From a virus (Duplodnaviria; Heunggongvirae; Uroviricota; Caudoviricetes): DNA of 34,628 bases. The stretch lies in IMG/VR virus record IMGVR_UViG_2558860472_000005, positions 1 to 34,628 of that record, one strand, 5' to 3'. Made by a program: the position numbers and the translations under genes. The stretch's first letter is position 1, and every line of letters begins with the position of its first letter. The notes beneath the pieces were generated by a model, which saw only the letters and a list, made by a program, of their open reading frames with translations, had not been told where the DNA came from and did no database searches. This document shows, in pieces, positions 16,244 to 25,702 of the stretch.

Positions 16244-17973
16244 GCCGGAAATCTTACCCCAACGTAAATGCTGCCAATCAGTATGCCCGTGATGTCGTGC
16301 GCGGAAAGATTGTGGCCTGCCAGTTTGTGATTCAGGCCTGCCAGCGCCATCTTGATGACCTGATGGCGGAAAAAAGTAAGTCGTTTCGTTACCGCTTCGA
16401 CAAGGACCTGGCTGAACGGGCCGCCAAATTTATTCAGCTGTTGCCGCACACCAAGGGTGAGTGGGCATTCAAGAGGATGCCCATCACGCTGGAGCCGTGG
16501 CAGCTCTTTGTGATCTGCTGTGCGTTTGGCTGGGTCAATAAAGGGTCCCGGCTGCGCCGCTTCCGGGAGGTGTATACCGAAATCCCCCGTAAGAACGGCA
16601 AATCGGCAATCTCTGCCGGTGTCGCCCTGTATTGTTTTGCCTGTGATAACGAGTTTGGCGCGGAAGTGTATTCCGGTGCCACGACAGAGAAACAGGCGTG
16701 GGAAGTCTTTCGTCCGGCGCGACTGATGTGTAAACGCACACCCATGCTTACGGAAGCGTTCGGGATTGAGGTTAACGCCTCAAACATGAATCGTCCGGAG
16801 GATGGCGCGCGGTTTGAACCGCTGATCGGTAACCCCGGTGATGGATCATCACCCCACTGTGCGGTGGTGGATGAATATCACGAGCACGCCACCGATGCGC
16901 TTTACACCACGATGCTTACCGGGATGGGGGCGCGACGTCAGCCACTGATGTGGGCCATTACTACTGCCGGGTACAACATTGAAGGGCCGTGCTACGACAA
17001 GCGGCGGGAAGTTATCGAGATGCTCAACGGCTCGGTACCCAACGATGAACTGTTCGGGATCATCTATACCGTTGACGAAGGTGACGAATGGACCGACCCG
17101 CAGGTGCTGGAAAAAGCCAATCCAAATATTGGGGTGTCGGTTTACCGTGAGTTTTTGTTAAGTCAGCAACAGCGTGCGAAAAATAACGCCCGTCTGGCAA
17201 ACGTCTTTAAAACAAAACACCTCAATATCTGGGTGTCGGCGCGTTCGGCGTATTTCAACCTGGTGAGCTGGCAGAGCTGCGAGGATAAATCACTTACCCT
17301 TGAGCAGTTCGAGGGGCAGCCGTGCATTCTGGCCTTTGACCTGGCGCGTAAGCTGGATATGAACAGCATGGCGCGACTTTATACCCGCGAGATTGACGGT
17401 AAAACGCATTACTACAGTGTGGCCCCGCGTTTCTGGGTACCGTATGACACGGTGTACAGCGTCGAGAAAAATGAAGATCGCCGGACCGCCGAACGCTTTC
17501 AGAAATGGGTGGAAATGGGCGTCCTGACCGTTACCGATGGTGCAGAGGTGGATTATCGCTACATCCTCGAAGAGGCCAAAGCGGCGAACAAAATCAGCCC
17601 GGTCAGCGAGTCACCCATCGACCCCTTCGGGGCGACCGGGCTCTCACATGACCTTGCTGATGAAGACCTGAATCCCGTCACTATCGTCCAGAACTTCACC
17701 AATATGTCCGATCCGATGAAAGAGCTGGAAGCAGCGATTGAATCGGGACGTTTTCATCATGACGGCAATCCCATCATGACCTGGTGTATCGGCAACGTGG
17801 TCGGCAAAAACATGCCGGGTAACGATGATGTGGTGAAACCCGTCAAAGAGCAGGCGGAAAACAAAATTGACGGTGCAGTTGCGCTGATTATGGCGGTTGG
17901 CAGAGCCATGCTGTACGAGAAAGAAGACACGCTGTCTGACCACATTGAGTCCTACGGGATCCGCTCGCTTTAA
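16240..17973 (+). CDS. Terminase large subunit
   Basis: 577 aa; ATPase region (PRKNGKS Walker A-like) and C-terminal nuclease region; position before portal. Confidence 0.9.
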   Translation: MSRKSYPNVNAANQYARDVVRGKIVACQFVIQACQRHLDDLMAEKSKSFRYRFDKDLAERAAKFIQLLPHTKGEWAFKRMPITLEPWQLFVICCAFGWVNKGSRLRRFREVYTEIPRKNGKSAISAGVALYCFACDNEFGAEVYSGATTEKQAWEVFRPARLMCKRTPMLTEAFGIEVNASNMNRPEDGARFEPLIGNPGDGSSPHCAVVDEYHEHATDALYTTMLTGMGARRQPLMWAITTAGYNIEGPCYDKRREVIEMLNGSVPNDELFGIIYTVDEGDEWTDPQVLEKANPNIGVSVYREFLLSQQQRAKNNARLANVFKTKHLNIWVSARSAYFNLVSWQSCEDKSLTLEQFEGQPCILAFDLARKLDMNSMARLYTREIDGKTHYYSVAPRFWVPYDTVYSVEKNEDRRTAERFQKWVEMGVLTVTDGAEVDYRYILEEAKAANKISPVSESPIDPFGATGLSHDLADEDLNPVTIVQNFTNMSDPMKELEAAIESGRFHHDGNPIMTWCIGNVVGKNMPGNDDVVKPVKEQAENKIDGAVALIMAVGRAMLYEKEDTLSDHIESYGIRSL

Positions 17974-17984
17974 CTGAGGTAATT

Positions 17985-18167
17985 ATGATCATGCTGATTC
18001 TCGCGCCTCTGGTGGGCGTGCTGGGTGCGCTTTTGCTGGCATATGGTGCCTGGCTGATTTATCCCCCGGCGGGTTTTGTTGTTGCCGGGGCGCTGTGCCT
18101 GTTCTGGTCGTGGCTGGTGGCGCGATATCTCGATCGTACACAGCTGTCTGTCGGCGGAGGTAAATAG
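17985..18167 (+). CDS. Small hydrophobic membrane protein
   Basis: 60 aa, two predicted TM helices, tightly packed between terminase and portal. Confidence 0.4.
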   Translation: MIMLILAPLVGVLGALLLAYGAWLIYPPAGFVVAGALCLFWSWLVARYLDRTQLSVGGGK

Positions 18168-19408
18168 TGTTCTTTTCGGGATTATTTCAACGAAAAAGTG
18201 ACGCGCCGGTGACCACGCCAGCAGAGCTGGCGGATGCCATCGGGTTGTCATACGACACCTATACCGGAAAGCAGATCAGCAGCCAGCGGGCCATGCGACT
18301 GACGGCGGTTTTTTCCTGCGTCAGGGTGCTGGCAGAGTCGGTCGGGATGTTGCCCTGCAATCTGTATCACCTGAACGGCAGCCTGAAAGAGAGGGCCATC
18401 GGCGAACGTCTGCATAAGCTGATCTCCACGCATCCCAATGGCTATATGACGCCGCAGGAGTTCTGGGAGCTGGTGGTCACCTGTCTGTGCCTGCGGGGAA
18501 ACTTTTACGCCTACAAAGTGAAAGCATTTGGCGAAGTGGCTGAACTGCTGCCCGTCGATCCCGGCTGTGTGGTACCGAAGCTTAACAGTAGCTGGGAGCC
18601 GGTCTATCAGGTCACATTCCCGGATGGCTCCACGGATGTACTGAGCCAGGAGGATATCTGGCATGTGCGCACGCTGACGCTGGACGGACTGGTGGGGCTG
18701 AATCCCATCGCCTATGCCCGCGAGGCAATATCGCTGGCGGCAGCGACCGAAGAGCACGGGGCCAGACTGTTCAGCAATGGCGCGGTGACGTCGGGTGTGT
18801 TGCGTACAGAGCAGACGCTGTCAGATCAGGCTTATGAGCGCCTGAAGAAAGATTTTGAGGAGCGTCACACCGGGCTTGGCAATGCTCACCGCCCGATGAT
18901 CCTTGAGATGGGGCTGGATTGGAAGTCGATGGCGCTGAACGCCGAGGACAGCCAGTTCCTGGAAACCCGCAAGTTTCAGCTTGAAGAAATCTGTCGTCTG
19001 TTCCGGGTGCCGTTGCACATGGTGCAGAACACCGATCGCGCCACCTTCAACAATATCGAAGAGCTGGGGCTGGGATTTATCAACTATTCACTGGTGCCGT
19101 ATCTGACCCGCATCGAGCAGCGGATCAACACCGGACTGGTTCGAAAAAGTAAGCAGGGCGTTTATTACGCCAAATTTAACGCCGGGGCGTTACTGCGCGG
19201 GGATATGAAGTCCCGTTTTGAAGCCTACGCCACCGGGATCAACTGGGGAATTTACTCTCCCAATGACTGCCGCGACCTGGAAGATATGAATCCGCGTCCC
19301 GGTGGGGATGTCTATCTCACACCGATGAATATGACCACGAAACCCTCCGATGGCAGTAAAGCCGGTAAGCAGAAGGATAACGCCAATGCAGACGAAACAA
19401 CGTCTTGA
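18167..19408 (+). CDS. Portal protein (HK97 family)
   Basis: 413 aa; position after terminase and before prohead protease; sequence resembles HK97-type portals (from memory). Confidence 0.85.
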   Translation: MFFSGLFQRKSDAPVTTPAELADAIGLSYDTYTGKQISSQRAMRLTAVFSCVRVLAESVGMLPCNLYHLNGSLKERAIGERLHKLISTHPNGYMTPQEFWELVVTCLCLRGNFYAYKVKAFGEVAELLPVDPGCVVPKLNSSWEPVYQVTFPDGSTDVLSQEDIWHVRTLTLDGLVGLNPIAYAREAISLAAATEEHGARLFSNGAVTSGVLRTEQTLSDQAYERLKKDFEERHTGLGNAHRPMILEMGLDWKSMALNAEDSQFLETRKFQLEEICRLFRVPLHMVQNTDRATFNNIEELGLGFINYSLVPYLTRIEQRINTGLVRKSKQGVYYAKFNAGALLRGDMKSRFEAYATGINWGIYSPNDCRDLEDMNPRPGGDVYLTPMNMTTKPSDGSKAGKQKDNANADETTS

Positions 19409-20036
19409 TGTACCGCTGAGTCTGAAATCTGTCAGTGACTCCGGTGAGTTTGAAGGGTATGGCTCCGTCTTTGGTGTAAAGGACAGCCACGATGATGTGG
19501 TGATGTCCGGGGCATTTGCTGCTTCCCTGCGGGCGTGGAGTGACAGAAAAGCGTTACCTGCGCTGCTCTGGCAGCACCGCATGGATGAACCCATCGGTGT
19601 TTACACCGAAATGAAGGAAGACGATGTCGGGCTTTACGTCAGGGGACGGTTGCTTATTGATGATGATCCCCTCGCAAAACGCGCACATGCACACATGAAG
19701 GCCGGTTCGTTAACCGGCCTTTCTATTGGGTACGTCCTGAAAGACTGGGAATACGACCGGAGCAAAGAAGCCTTTCTGCTGAAAGAAATCGACCTCTGGG
19801 AAGTCAGCCTGGTGACGTTCCCGTCTAACGACGAGGCGCGGATCAGCGACGTCAAGAACGCACTGGCCCGCGGGGAAATCCCCGAACAGAAAAAAATCGA
19901 AAGAGTCCTGCGTGATGTCGGACTCTCCCGTACCCAGGCCAAAGCATTCATGGCCGGGGGCTATGGCGCACTGTCCCTGCGCGACGCTGAGGATGTGGGC
20001 TCTGCACTGAATGCACTGAAAAATCTGAACTTCTAA
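19386..20036 (+). CDS. Prohead maturation protease (HK97 family)
   Basis: ATG 19386 (track ORF from 19350); sits between portal and capsid; family assignment from memory. Confidence 0.8.
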   Translation: MQTKQRLDVPLSLKSVSDSGEFEGYGSVFGVKDSHDDVVMSGAFAASLRAWSDRKALPALLWQHRMDEPIGVYTEMKEDDVGLYVRGRLLIDDDPLAKRAHAHMKAGSLTGLSIGYVLKDWEYDRSKEAFLLKEIDLWEVSLVTFPSNDEARISDVKNALARGEIPEQKKIERVLRDVGLSRTQAKAFMAGGYGALSLRDAEDVGSALNALKNLNF

Positions 20037-20050
20037 TCAGGAGAAATACG

Positions 20051-21256
20051 ATGGCGGTTGATATTAAAGATGTCGAACAGGTCGCGCAGGAGCTGCAGCA
20101 GAAGTTTGACGACTTCAAAGCAAAGAACGACAAGCGCGTGGATGCGATTGAGCAGGAAAAAGGTAAACTTGCCGGGCAGGTGGAAACCCTGAACGGGAAA
20201 CTCAGCGAGCTGGAAAATCTCAAAAGCGACCTTGAAAAAGAGCTGCTTGAGCTGAAACGTCCGGCAGGTGGTGCGCAAAATAAACTGGCCACCGAGCATA
20301 AAGAAGCGTTTGTGGGCTTCCTGCGTAAAGGCCGTGAAGATGGTCTGCGCGATCTGGAGCGCAAGGCATTGCAGGTGGGCACCGATGAAGACGGTGGCTA
20401 TGCCGTGCCGGAAGCACTGGATCGCAACATTCTCACCCTGCTGAAAGATGAAGTGGTGATGCGCCAGGAAGCCACGGTGATCACTGTTGGCGGTTCCGAC
20501 TACAAAAAACTGGTGAATCTGGGCGGCACGGCTTCCGGATGGGTGGGCGAGACTGACGCGCGCTCCCAGACTGCCACCTCAAAACTGGGACTGATTGAAC
20601 CTTTCATGGGGGAAATCTACGGCAACCCGCAGGCCACCCAGAAAATGCTGGACGATGCCTTCTTCAACGTGGAGGCCTGGATCAACAGCGAGCTGGCAAC
20701 CGAATTTGCCGAACAGGAAGAAATTGCCTTTACCTCAGGCGATGGCACCAAGAAGCCGAAAGGGGTCCTGGCGTATGAATCCACTGATGAAACCGATAAG
20801 GTCCGGGCGTTCGGCAAACTTCAGCATATTGTATCCGGCGAAGCGACGGCGGTGACCGCAGACGCCATTATCAAACTGATTTACACGCTGCGTAAGGCAC
20901 ACCGCACTGGCGCGAAGTTCATGATGAACAACAACAGCCTGTTTGCCATCCGTCTGCTTAAAGACAGCGAGGGTAACTATCTGTGGCGTCCGGGGCTGGA
21001 ACTGGGGCAGCCGTCCTCTCTGGCGGGTTACGGTATCGCTGAAAACGAACAGATGCCGGATATCGCCGCTGATGCGAAAGCCATTGCATTTGGTAACTTC
21101 AAACGGGGTTACACCATCGTTGACCGTATCGGCACCCGCATTCTGCGTGACCCGTACACCAATAAACCGTTTGTCGGTTTTTATACCACCAAGCGCACCG
21201 GCGGGATGCTGGTCGATTCGCAGGCCATCAAACTGCTGAAGATTGCAGCGGCGTAA
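20051..21256 (+). CDS. Major capsid protein (HK97 fold) with N-terminal coiled-coil delta domain
   Basis: 401 aa; N-terminal about 100 aa coiled-coil scaffold-like region (KLSELENLKSDLEKELLELK) followed by capsid domain. Confidence 0.85.
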   Translation: MAVDIKDVEQVAQELQQKFDDFKAKNDKRVDAIEQEKGKLAGQVETLNGKLSELENLKSDLEKELLELKRPAGGAQNKLATEHKEAFVGFLRKGREDGLRDLERKALQVGTDEDGGYAVPEALDRNILTLLKDEVVMRQEATVITVGGSDYKKLVNLGGTASGWVGETDARSQTATSKLGLIEPFMGEIYGNPQATQKMLDDAFFNVEAWINSELATEFAEQEEIAFTSGDGTKKPKGVLAYESTDETDKVRAFGKLQHIVSGEATAVTADAIIKLIYTLRKAHRTGAKFMMNNNSLFAIRLLKDSEGNYLWRPGLELGQPSSLAGYGIAENEQMPDIAADAKAIAFGNFKRGYTIVDRIGTRILRDPYTNKPFVGFYTTKRTGGMLVDSQAIKLLKIAAA

Positions 21257-21305
21257 TCACTCAGGGGCGCGGAACCGCGCCCCCTGTTCTGACGGGTGAA
21301 GAATC

Positions 21306-21506
21306 ATGATCCTGAAACAAGATCTGAAATGGTCACCGGACGGTATGCGTGTTGAGGTCATTCGGGCCGGTGAGTATGACGACGGGGCGCTTCCTGCCCG
21401 GGTGCAGGAGATTGCACTTCAGGCCGGGTTAGCAGAGCGCGGAATCAGTGCAAAAAGCAGTAAAGCGGCAAAAGAGAAAAAAGCCACGACCAGTAAAGAG
21501 GGCTGA
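21306..21506 (+). CDS. Hypothetical small head-module protein
   Basis: 66-aa ORF between capsid and connector genes, Lys/Ala-rich C-terminus. Confidence 0.4.
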   Translation: MILKQDLKWSPDGMRVEVIRAGEYDDGALPARVQEIALQAGLAERGISAKSSKAAKEKKATTSKEG

Positions 21507-21508
21507 GT

Positions 21509-21832
21509 ATGCTTCTGACAATGGAAGAGATTAAAGCCCAACTCCGGCTGGATGAGGATTTCGATGCTGATGACCGCCATCTGCAACTGCTGGCCTGTGC
21601 GGCACAAAAGCGGACGGAAACGTATCTGAACCGGAAGCTCTATGCACCGGATGAAACCATTCCGGACAGCGATCCGGACGGGCTGCACCTGCCGGATGAT
21701 ATTCGTCTGGGGATGCTGATGCTTATCAGCCATTTTTACGAAAACCGCTCGTCGGTTACGGAAGTGGAGAAACTCGACATGCCGCAGAGTTTTGGCTGGC
21801 TTGTCGGCCCGTACAGGTACTTTCCGCAATGA
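21509..21832 (+). CDS. Head-tail connector (gp6-like)
   Basis: 107 aa; position and sequence (MEEIKAQLRLDEDFDADD...) typical of gp6-like connector proteins. Confidence 0.7.
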   Translation: MLLTMEEIKAQLRLDEDFDADDRHLQLLACAAQKRTETYLNRKLYAPDETIPDSDPDGLHLPDDIRLGMLMLISHFYENRSSVTEVEKLDMPQSFGWLVGPYRYFPQ

Positions 21833-22239
21833 AAATTCGTCAGGCGCAGACCAGCGCAACCTACATTCTGCCGGACCCCGGTGAACTGAATAAACGCGTC
21901 CTGATCCGCCTGCGGGTGGATATGCCCGCGGATAACTTTGGCGTGGAGCCTCAATACCCGGTTACGTTCCGGACATGGGCGAAGGTTATCCAGACCAGTG
22001 CCACCACCTGGCAGGAAACCGCGCAGACCGGGGACGCCATCACCCATTACATCACCATTCGTTACCGCCGGGGGATCACCGCTGATTATGAGGTGGTCTG
22101 CGGTGACAGTGTGTACCGGGTGAAACGTCAGCGCGATCTGAACGGGGCGCGGCGCTTTCTGCTGCTGGAGTGTACGGAGCTGGGCGAATGTAGGCAGAGT
22201 CACGGAGGCAACAATGACGACTTCCTTTTTGCACGTTGA
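21829..22239 (+). CDS. Head closure / head-tail adaptor protein
   Basis: 136 aa; overlaps neighbours in operon; call by position and size. Confidence 0.6.
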   Translation: MKIRQAQTSATYILPDPGELNKRVLIRLRVDMPADNFGVEPQYPVTFRTWAKVIQTSATTWQETAQTGDAITHYITIRYRRGITADYEVVCGDSVYRVKRQRDLNGARRFLLLECTELGECRQSHGGNNDDFLFAR

Positions 22240-22720
22240 TTTTCAGCAGCCCGCGGAGATGCGCTTTAACCGCGCCCGTGTCCGGCGGGCGTTTGTCACG
22301 ATTGGTCAGCGTCATATGCGTGATGCCCGTCGGCTGGTGATGCGCCGTGCGCGGTCGGCACCGGGTGAAAACCCCGGTTATCAGACCGGACGCCTGGCTC
22401 GTTCAATTGGTTACATGGTACCCAGAGCCAGTAAACATCGCCCTGGTTTTATGGCACGTATAGCCCCTAACCAGCGTAATGGAGAGGGAAACCGCCGTAT
22501 CATCGGTGATTTTTATCCGGCTTTTTTGTTCTATGGCGTGAGGCGAGGGGCAAAGCGTCGTCGCAGCCATCATCGTGGTGCATCCGGTGGCAGCGGCTGG
22601 CGACTGGCTCCACGTAATAACTTCATGGTGGAAACGCTTGAAAAGAACCGCAGCTGGACACGCTATTTTCTGGCGCGGGAATTGCGTAAATCACTGAAGC
22701 CGGAGCGACGACACAGATGA
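22214..22720 (+). CDS. HK97 gp10-family virion morphogenesis protein
   Basis: SAPGENPGYQTGRLARSIGY matches the gp10-family motif (from memory). Confidence 0.6.
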   Translation: MTTSFLHVDFQQPAEMRFNRARVRRAFVTIGQRHMRDARRLVMRRARSAPGENPGYQTGRLARSIGYMVPRASKHRPGFMARIAPNQRNGEGNRRIIGDFYPAFLFYGVRRGAKRRRSHHRGASGGSGWRLAPRNNFMVETLEKNRSWTRYFLARELRKSLKPERRHR

Positions 22721-23277
22721 AACTGACGCCTGTTATTGCTGCACTGCGTGCCCGCTGTCCGTATTTTGAAAACCGGGTTGCAGGCGCGGCCCAGTTCAAA
22801 AATCTGCCGGAGGTCGGAAAGCTGAAACTCCCGGCGGCATATGTTGTACCGGGTGATGATTCTCCGGGAGAAAACAAAAGCCAGACCGACTACTGGCAGG
22901 AGCTGAAAGAGGGTTTCTCCGTGGTTGTCATACTGAGTAACGGGCATGATGAGCGCGGTCAGTTTGCCTCGTATGATGTGGTGGACGATGTCCGGCAGAT
23001 GCTCTTTAAGGCTCTGCTGGGCTGGAACCCGGAGGCGTGCGGTAACCCGATTACCTATGACGGCGGCACGCTGCTGGATCTGAATCGTCATGAGCTGATT
23101 TATCAGTTCGATTTTTCGGTCATCAGCGAGCTGACCGAAGACGATACCCGCCAGCAGGATGATCTGAACAGTCTGGATGAACTGCAAACGCTGGCGATTG
23201 ATGTTGATTATCTCGAGCCCGGTAACGGGCCTGACGGCGATATCGAACATCACACCGAAATAACCCTTCCTTCCTGA
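22717..23277 (+). CDS. Tail-associated protein (completion/terminator-like), uncharacterised
   Basis: 186-aa ORF immediately upstream of sheath gene; call by position only. Confidence 0.5.
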   Translation: MKLTPVIAALRARCPYFENRVAGAAQFKNLPEVGKLKLPAAYVVPGDDSPGENKSQTDYWQELKEGFSVVVILSNGHDERGQFASYDVVDDVRQMLFKALLGWNPEACGNPITYDGGTLLDLNRHELIYQFDFSVISELTEDDTRQQDDLNSLDELQTLAIDVDYLEPGNGPDGDIEHHTEITLPS

Positions 23278-23285
23278 GGATCCTC

Positions 23286-23456
23286 ATGTTTGTCAAACCT
23301 GTTAAAGGGCGGTCAGTTCCTGACCCTACCCGCGGCGACCTTTTGCCCGCCGAAGGGCGAAATGTTGACGAGAACAACTACTGGCTGCGCCGTGAAGCAG
23401 CGGGTGATATCCGGCGCGTGAATAAAAAGGTGAATACCGATGACGATAAGCTTTAA
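23286..23456 (+). CDS. Small conserved phage protein (below ORF-track cutoff)
   Basis: 56-aa ORF MFVKPVKGRSVPDPTRGDLLPAEGRNVDENNYWLRREAAGDIRRV...; resembles a small protein seen upstream of sheath genes (from memory). Confidence 0.4.
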   Translation: MFVKPVKGRSVPDPTRGDLLPAEGRNVDENNYWLRREAAGDIRRVNKKVNTDDDKL

Positions 23457-24936
23457 CACCATTCCGTCGAATACGCTGGTTCCGCTGTTTTATGCGGAAA
23501 TGGATAACCAGGCGGCGAATACTGCACAGGACAGCGGGGCATCGTTGCTGATTGGTCACGCCAATAACGGTGCAGAGATTGTTGCCAACAGTCTGGTGCT
23601 GATGCCGTCGGCAGACTATGCACGCCAGATTTGTGGTGCGGGAAGTCAGCTGGCGCGTATGGTTGAGGCTTATCGCCAGACCGACCCGTTTGGCGAGCTG
23701 TATGTGATTGCCGTTCCGGAAGCCACAGGCGCGGCGGCAACGGTTACGCTGACGGTGACCGGGGCGGCAACCGAAACCGGCACGGTGAATGTTTATGTGG
23801 GACGTACCCGCGTGCAGGCACCGGTGACCAACGGCGATAACGTCACGACGATTGCCAGCAGTATCCAGGATGCCATTAATGCCGTCCCGGCCCTGCCGTT
23901 TACGGCCTCATCTTCGGCAGGCGTGGTCACGCTGACCGCGCGTCATAAGGGGCTTTGCGGGAATGAAATTCCTGTCAGCCTCAATTACTACGGCTTTGGT
24001 GGGGGCGAAGTGCTGCCAGCGGGCGTACAGATTGCTGTGGCGACGGGGAGCGCCGGAACGGGCGCTCCGGTTCTCACCGGCGCGGTGGCTGCAATGGCGG
24101 ATGAGCCGTTTGATTATATTGGCCTGCCGTTCAACGACACGGCCTCCGTTAACACGCTGGTGACAGAGATGAACGATACCAGCGGTCGCTGGAGCTATGC
24201 GCGTCAGCTGTATGGTCATGTGTATACGGCAAAGATCGGCACGCTGTCAGAACTGGTGACCGCAGGTGACCAGTTTAACCAGCAGCACATTACCCTGGCG
24301 GGATACGAAAAAGAGACCCAGACGCCTGCCGACGAGCTGGCGGCAAGCCGTACCGCCCGCGCAGCGGTGTTTATTCGCAACGATCCGGCACGTCCCACGC
24401 AGACCGGTGAGCTGGTGGGTATGCTGCCTGCGCCGAAGGGGAAACGGTTCACGATGACCGAACAACAGACCCTGCTGTCTCATGGCGTGGCAACGGCGTA
24501 TGTCGAAAGCGGGGTGCTGCGCATTCAGCGTGATGTCACCACGTACAGGAAAAACGCTTACGGTGTTGCGGATAACAGCTACCTCGACAGCGAGACGCTG
24601 CATACCAGCGCGTATGTGCTGCGCAAACTGAAATCCGTCATTACCAGTAAGTACGGGCGTCACAAGCTTGCCAGCGACGGTACCCGCTTTGGTCCCGGTC
24701 AGGCGATTGTCACACCGGCGGTGATCAAAGGGGAACTGCTGGCAACCTACCGTCAGCTTGAGCGTGCGGGGATCGTGGAAAACTACGAACTGTTTAAGCA
24801 GTACCTGGTTGTGGAGCGTGATGCCAGCGATCCGAACCGCCTGAACACGCTGTTCCCGCCTGACTATGTTAACCAGTTGCGTGTCTTTGCCGTGGTTAAC
24901 CAGTTCCGTCTTCAGTATTCAGAGGAGTCTGCATAA
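23440..24936 (+). CDS. Tail sheath protein (Mu L-like)
   Basis: 498 aa; size, position before tube gene, and C-terminal region typical of contractile tail sheaths. Confidence 0.8.
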   Translation: MTISFNTIPSNTLVPLFYAEMDNQAANTAQDSGASLLIGHANNGAEIVANSLVLMPSADYARQICGAGSQLARMVEAYRQTDPFGELYVIAVPEATGAAATVTLTVTGAATETGTVNVYVGRTRVQAPVTNGDNVTTIASSIQDAINAVPALPFTASSSAGVVTLTARHKGLCGNEIPVSLNYYGFGGGEVLPAGVQIAVATGSAGTGAPVLTGAVAAMADEPFDYIGLPFNDTASVNTLVTEMNDTSGRWSYARQLYGHVYTAKIGTLSELVTAGDQFNQQHITLAGYEKETQTPADELAASRTARAAVFIRNDPARPTQTGELVGMLPAPKGKRFTMTEQQTLLSHGVATAYVESGVLRIQRDVTTYRKNAYGVADNSYLDSETLHTSAYVLRKLKSVITSKYGRHKLASDGTRFGPGQAIVTPAVIKGELLATYRQLERAGIVENYELFKQYLVVERDASDPNRLNTLFPPDYVNQLRVFAVVNQFRLQYSEESA

Positions 24937-25292
24937 TGGCCCGTATCGGGGGAACCTGTTATTTCAAAATTGACGGTCAGCAGCTATCGCTGACCGGCGG
25001 CATTGAGGTGCCCATGAACAGGACGGTCAATGATGACATCATCGGCCTGGACGGTTCAGTGGACCGCAAGGAAACTCACCGTGCGCCTTATGTCAAAGGG
25101 ACCTTCAAGGTGCCGAAGAATTTTCCGGTGAGCAAAATCACCTCGTCTGATGAGATGACCATCACTGCCGAGCTGGCGAACGGTCAGGTCTATGTATTGT
25201 CGTCCGCCTGGCTGCACGGCGAAGCGAACCATAATGCCGAAGAAGGCACGGTTGATCTTGAGTTCCACGGTGAAGAAGGGGATTACCAGTAA
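24936..25292 (+). CDS. Tail tube protein (Mu M-like)
   Basis: 118 aa directly after sheath. Confidence 0.7.
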   Translation: MARIGGTCYFKIDGQQLSLTGGIEVPMNRTVNDDIIGLDGSVDRKETHRAPYVKGTFKVPKNFPVSKITSSDEMTITAELANGQVYVLSSAWLHGEANHNAEEGTVDLEFHGEEGDYQ

Positions 25293-25561
25293 TGAAAGAG
25301 CTTGAGTTAAAGAAACCGATTATCGCTCATGGTGAGACACTCTCCGTACTGGAGTTTGATGAACCCACCGGGAAGGATGTCCGCGAGCTGGGGTATCCCT
25401 ACCAGATGAATCAGGATGAGTCCGTCAGACTTCTGGCGCATGTGGTGTCGAAATACATTGTGCGGCTGGCGAAAGTGCCGCAAAGCTCTGTCGACCAGAT
25501 GTCTCCGGCAGACCTGAATGCAGCGGCGTGGCTTGTGGCTGGTTTTTTCCTCCAGGCCTGA
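25292..25561 (+). CDS. Tail assembly chaperone (short form)
   Basis: 89 aa between tube and tape measure; -1 frame ORF extends to 25710 (frameshifted long form). Confidence 0.65.
   Translation: MKELELKKPIIAHGETLSVLEFDEPTGKDVRELGYPYQMNQDESVRLLAHVVSKYIVRLAKVPQSSVDQMSPADLNAAAWLVAGFFLQA
25543..25549 (+). other. Programmed -1 ribosomal frameshift slippery site in tail chaperone
   Basis: Heptamer TTTTTTC with zero-frame codons TTT TTC; -1 frame continues FFPPGLTAEY... to 25710, overlapping the tape-measure start. Confidence 0.5.
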
Positions 25562-25702
25562 CGGCTGAATACCTCACTGATCGCTTCTTTGACTGCGCCA
25601 GCTACTGGCGCATTAATCCCTTCGAATTGCTGAATATGCCGATCAGTGAAATTCCCTTGCTGGTCAGTCAGGCAAACAGGATAGAGCAGGAGAAACGCAC
25701 AC

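Noticed and set aside
19948-20382. 144-aa antisense ORF within the major capsid gene (similar antisense ORFs at 21419-21859, 22663-23253, 27020-27610, 28712-29209)
   Set aside because: Ser/Arg/Pro-rich low-complexity translations opposite well-supported structural genes; typical shadow ORFs.
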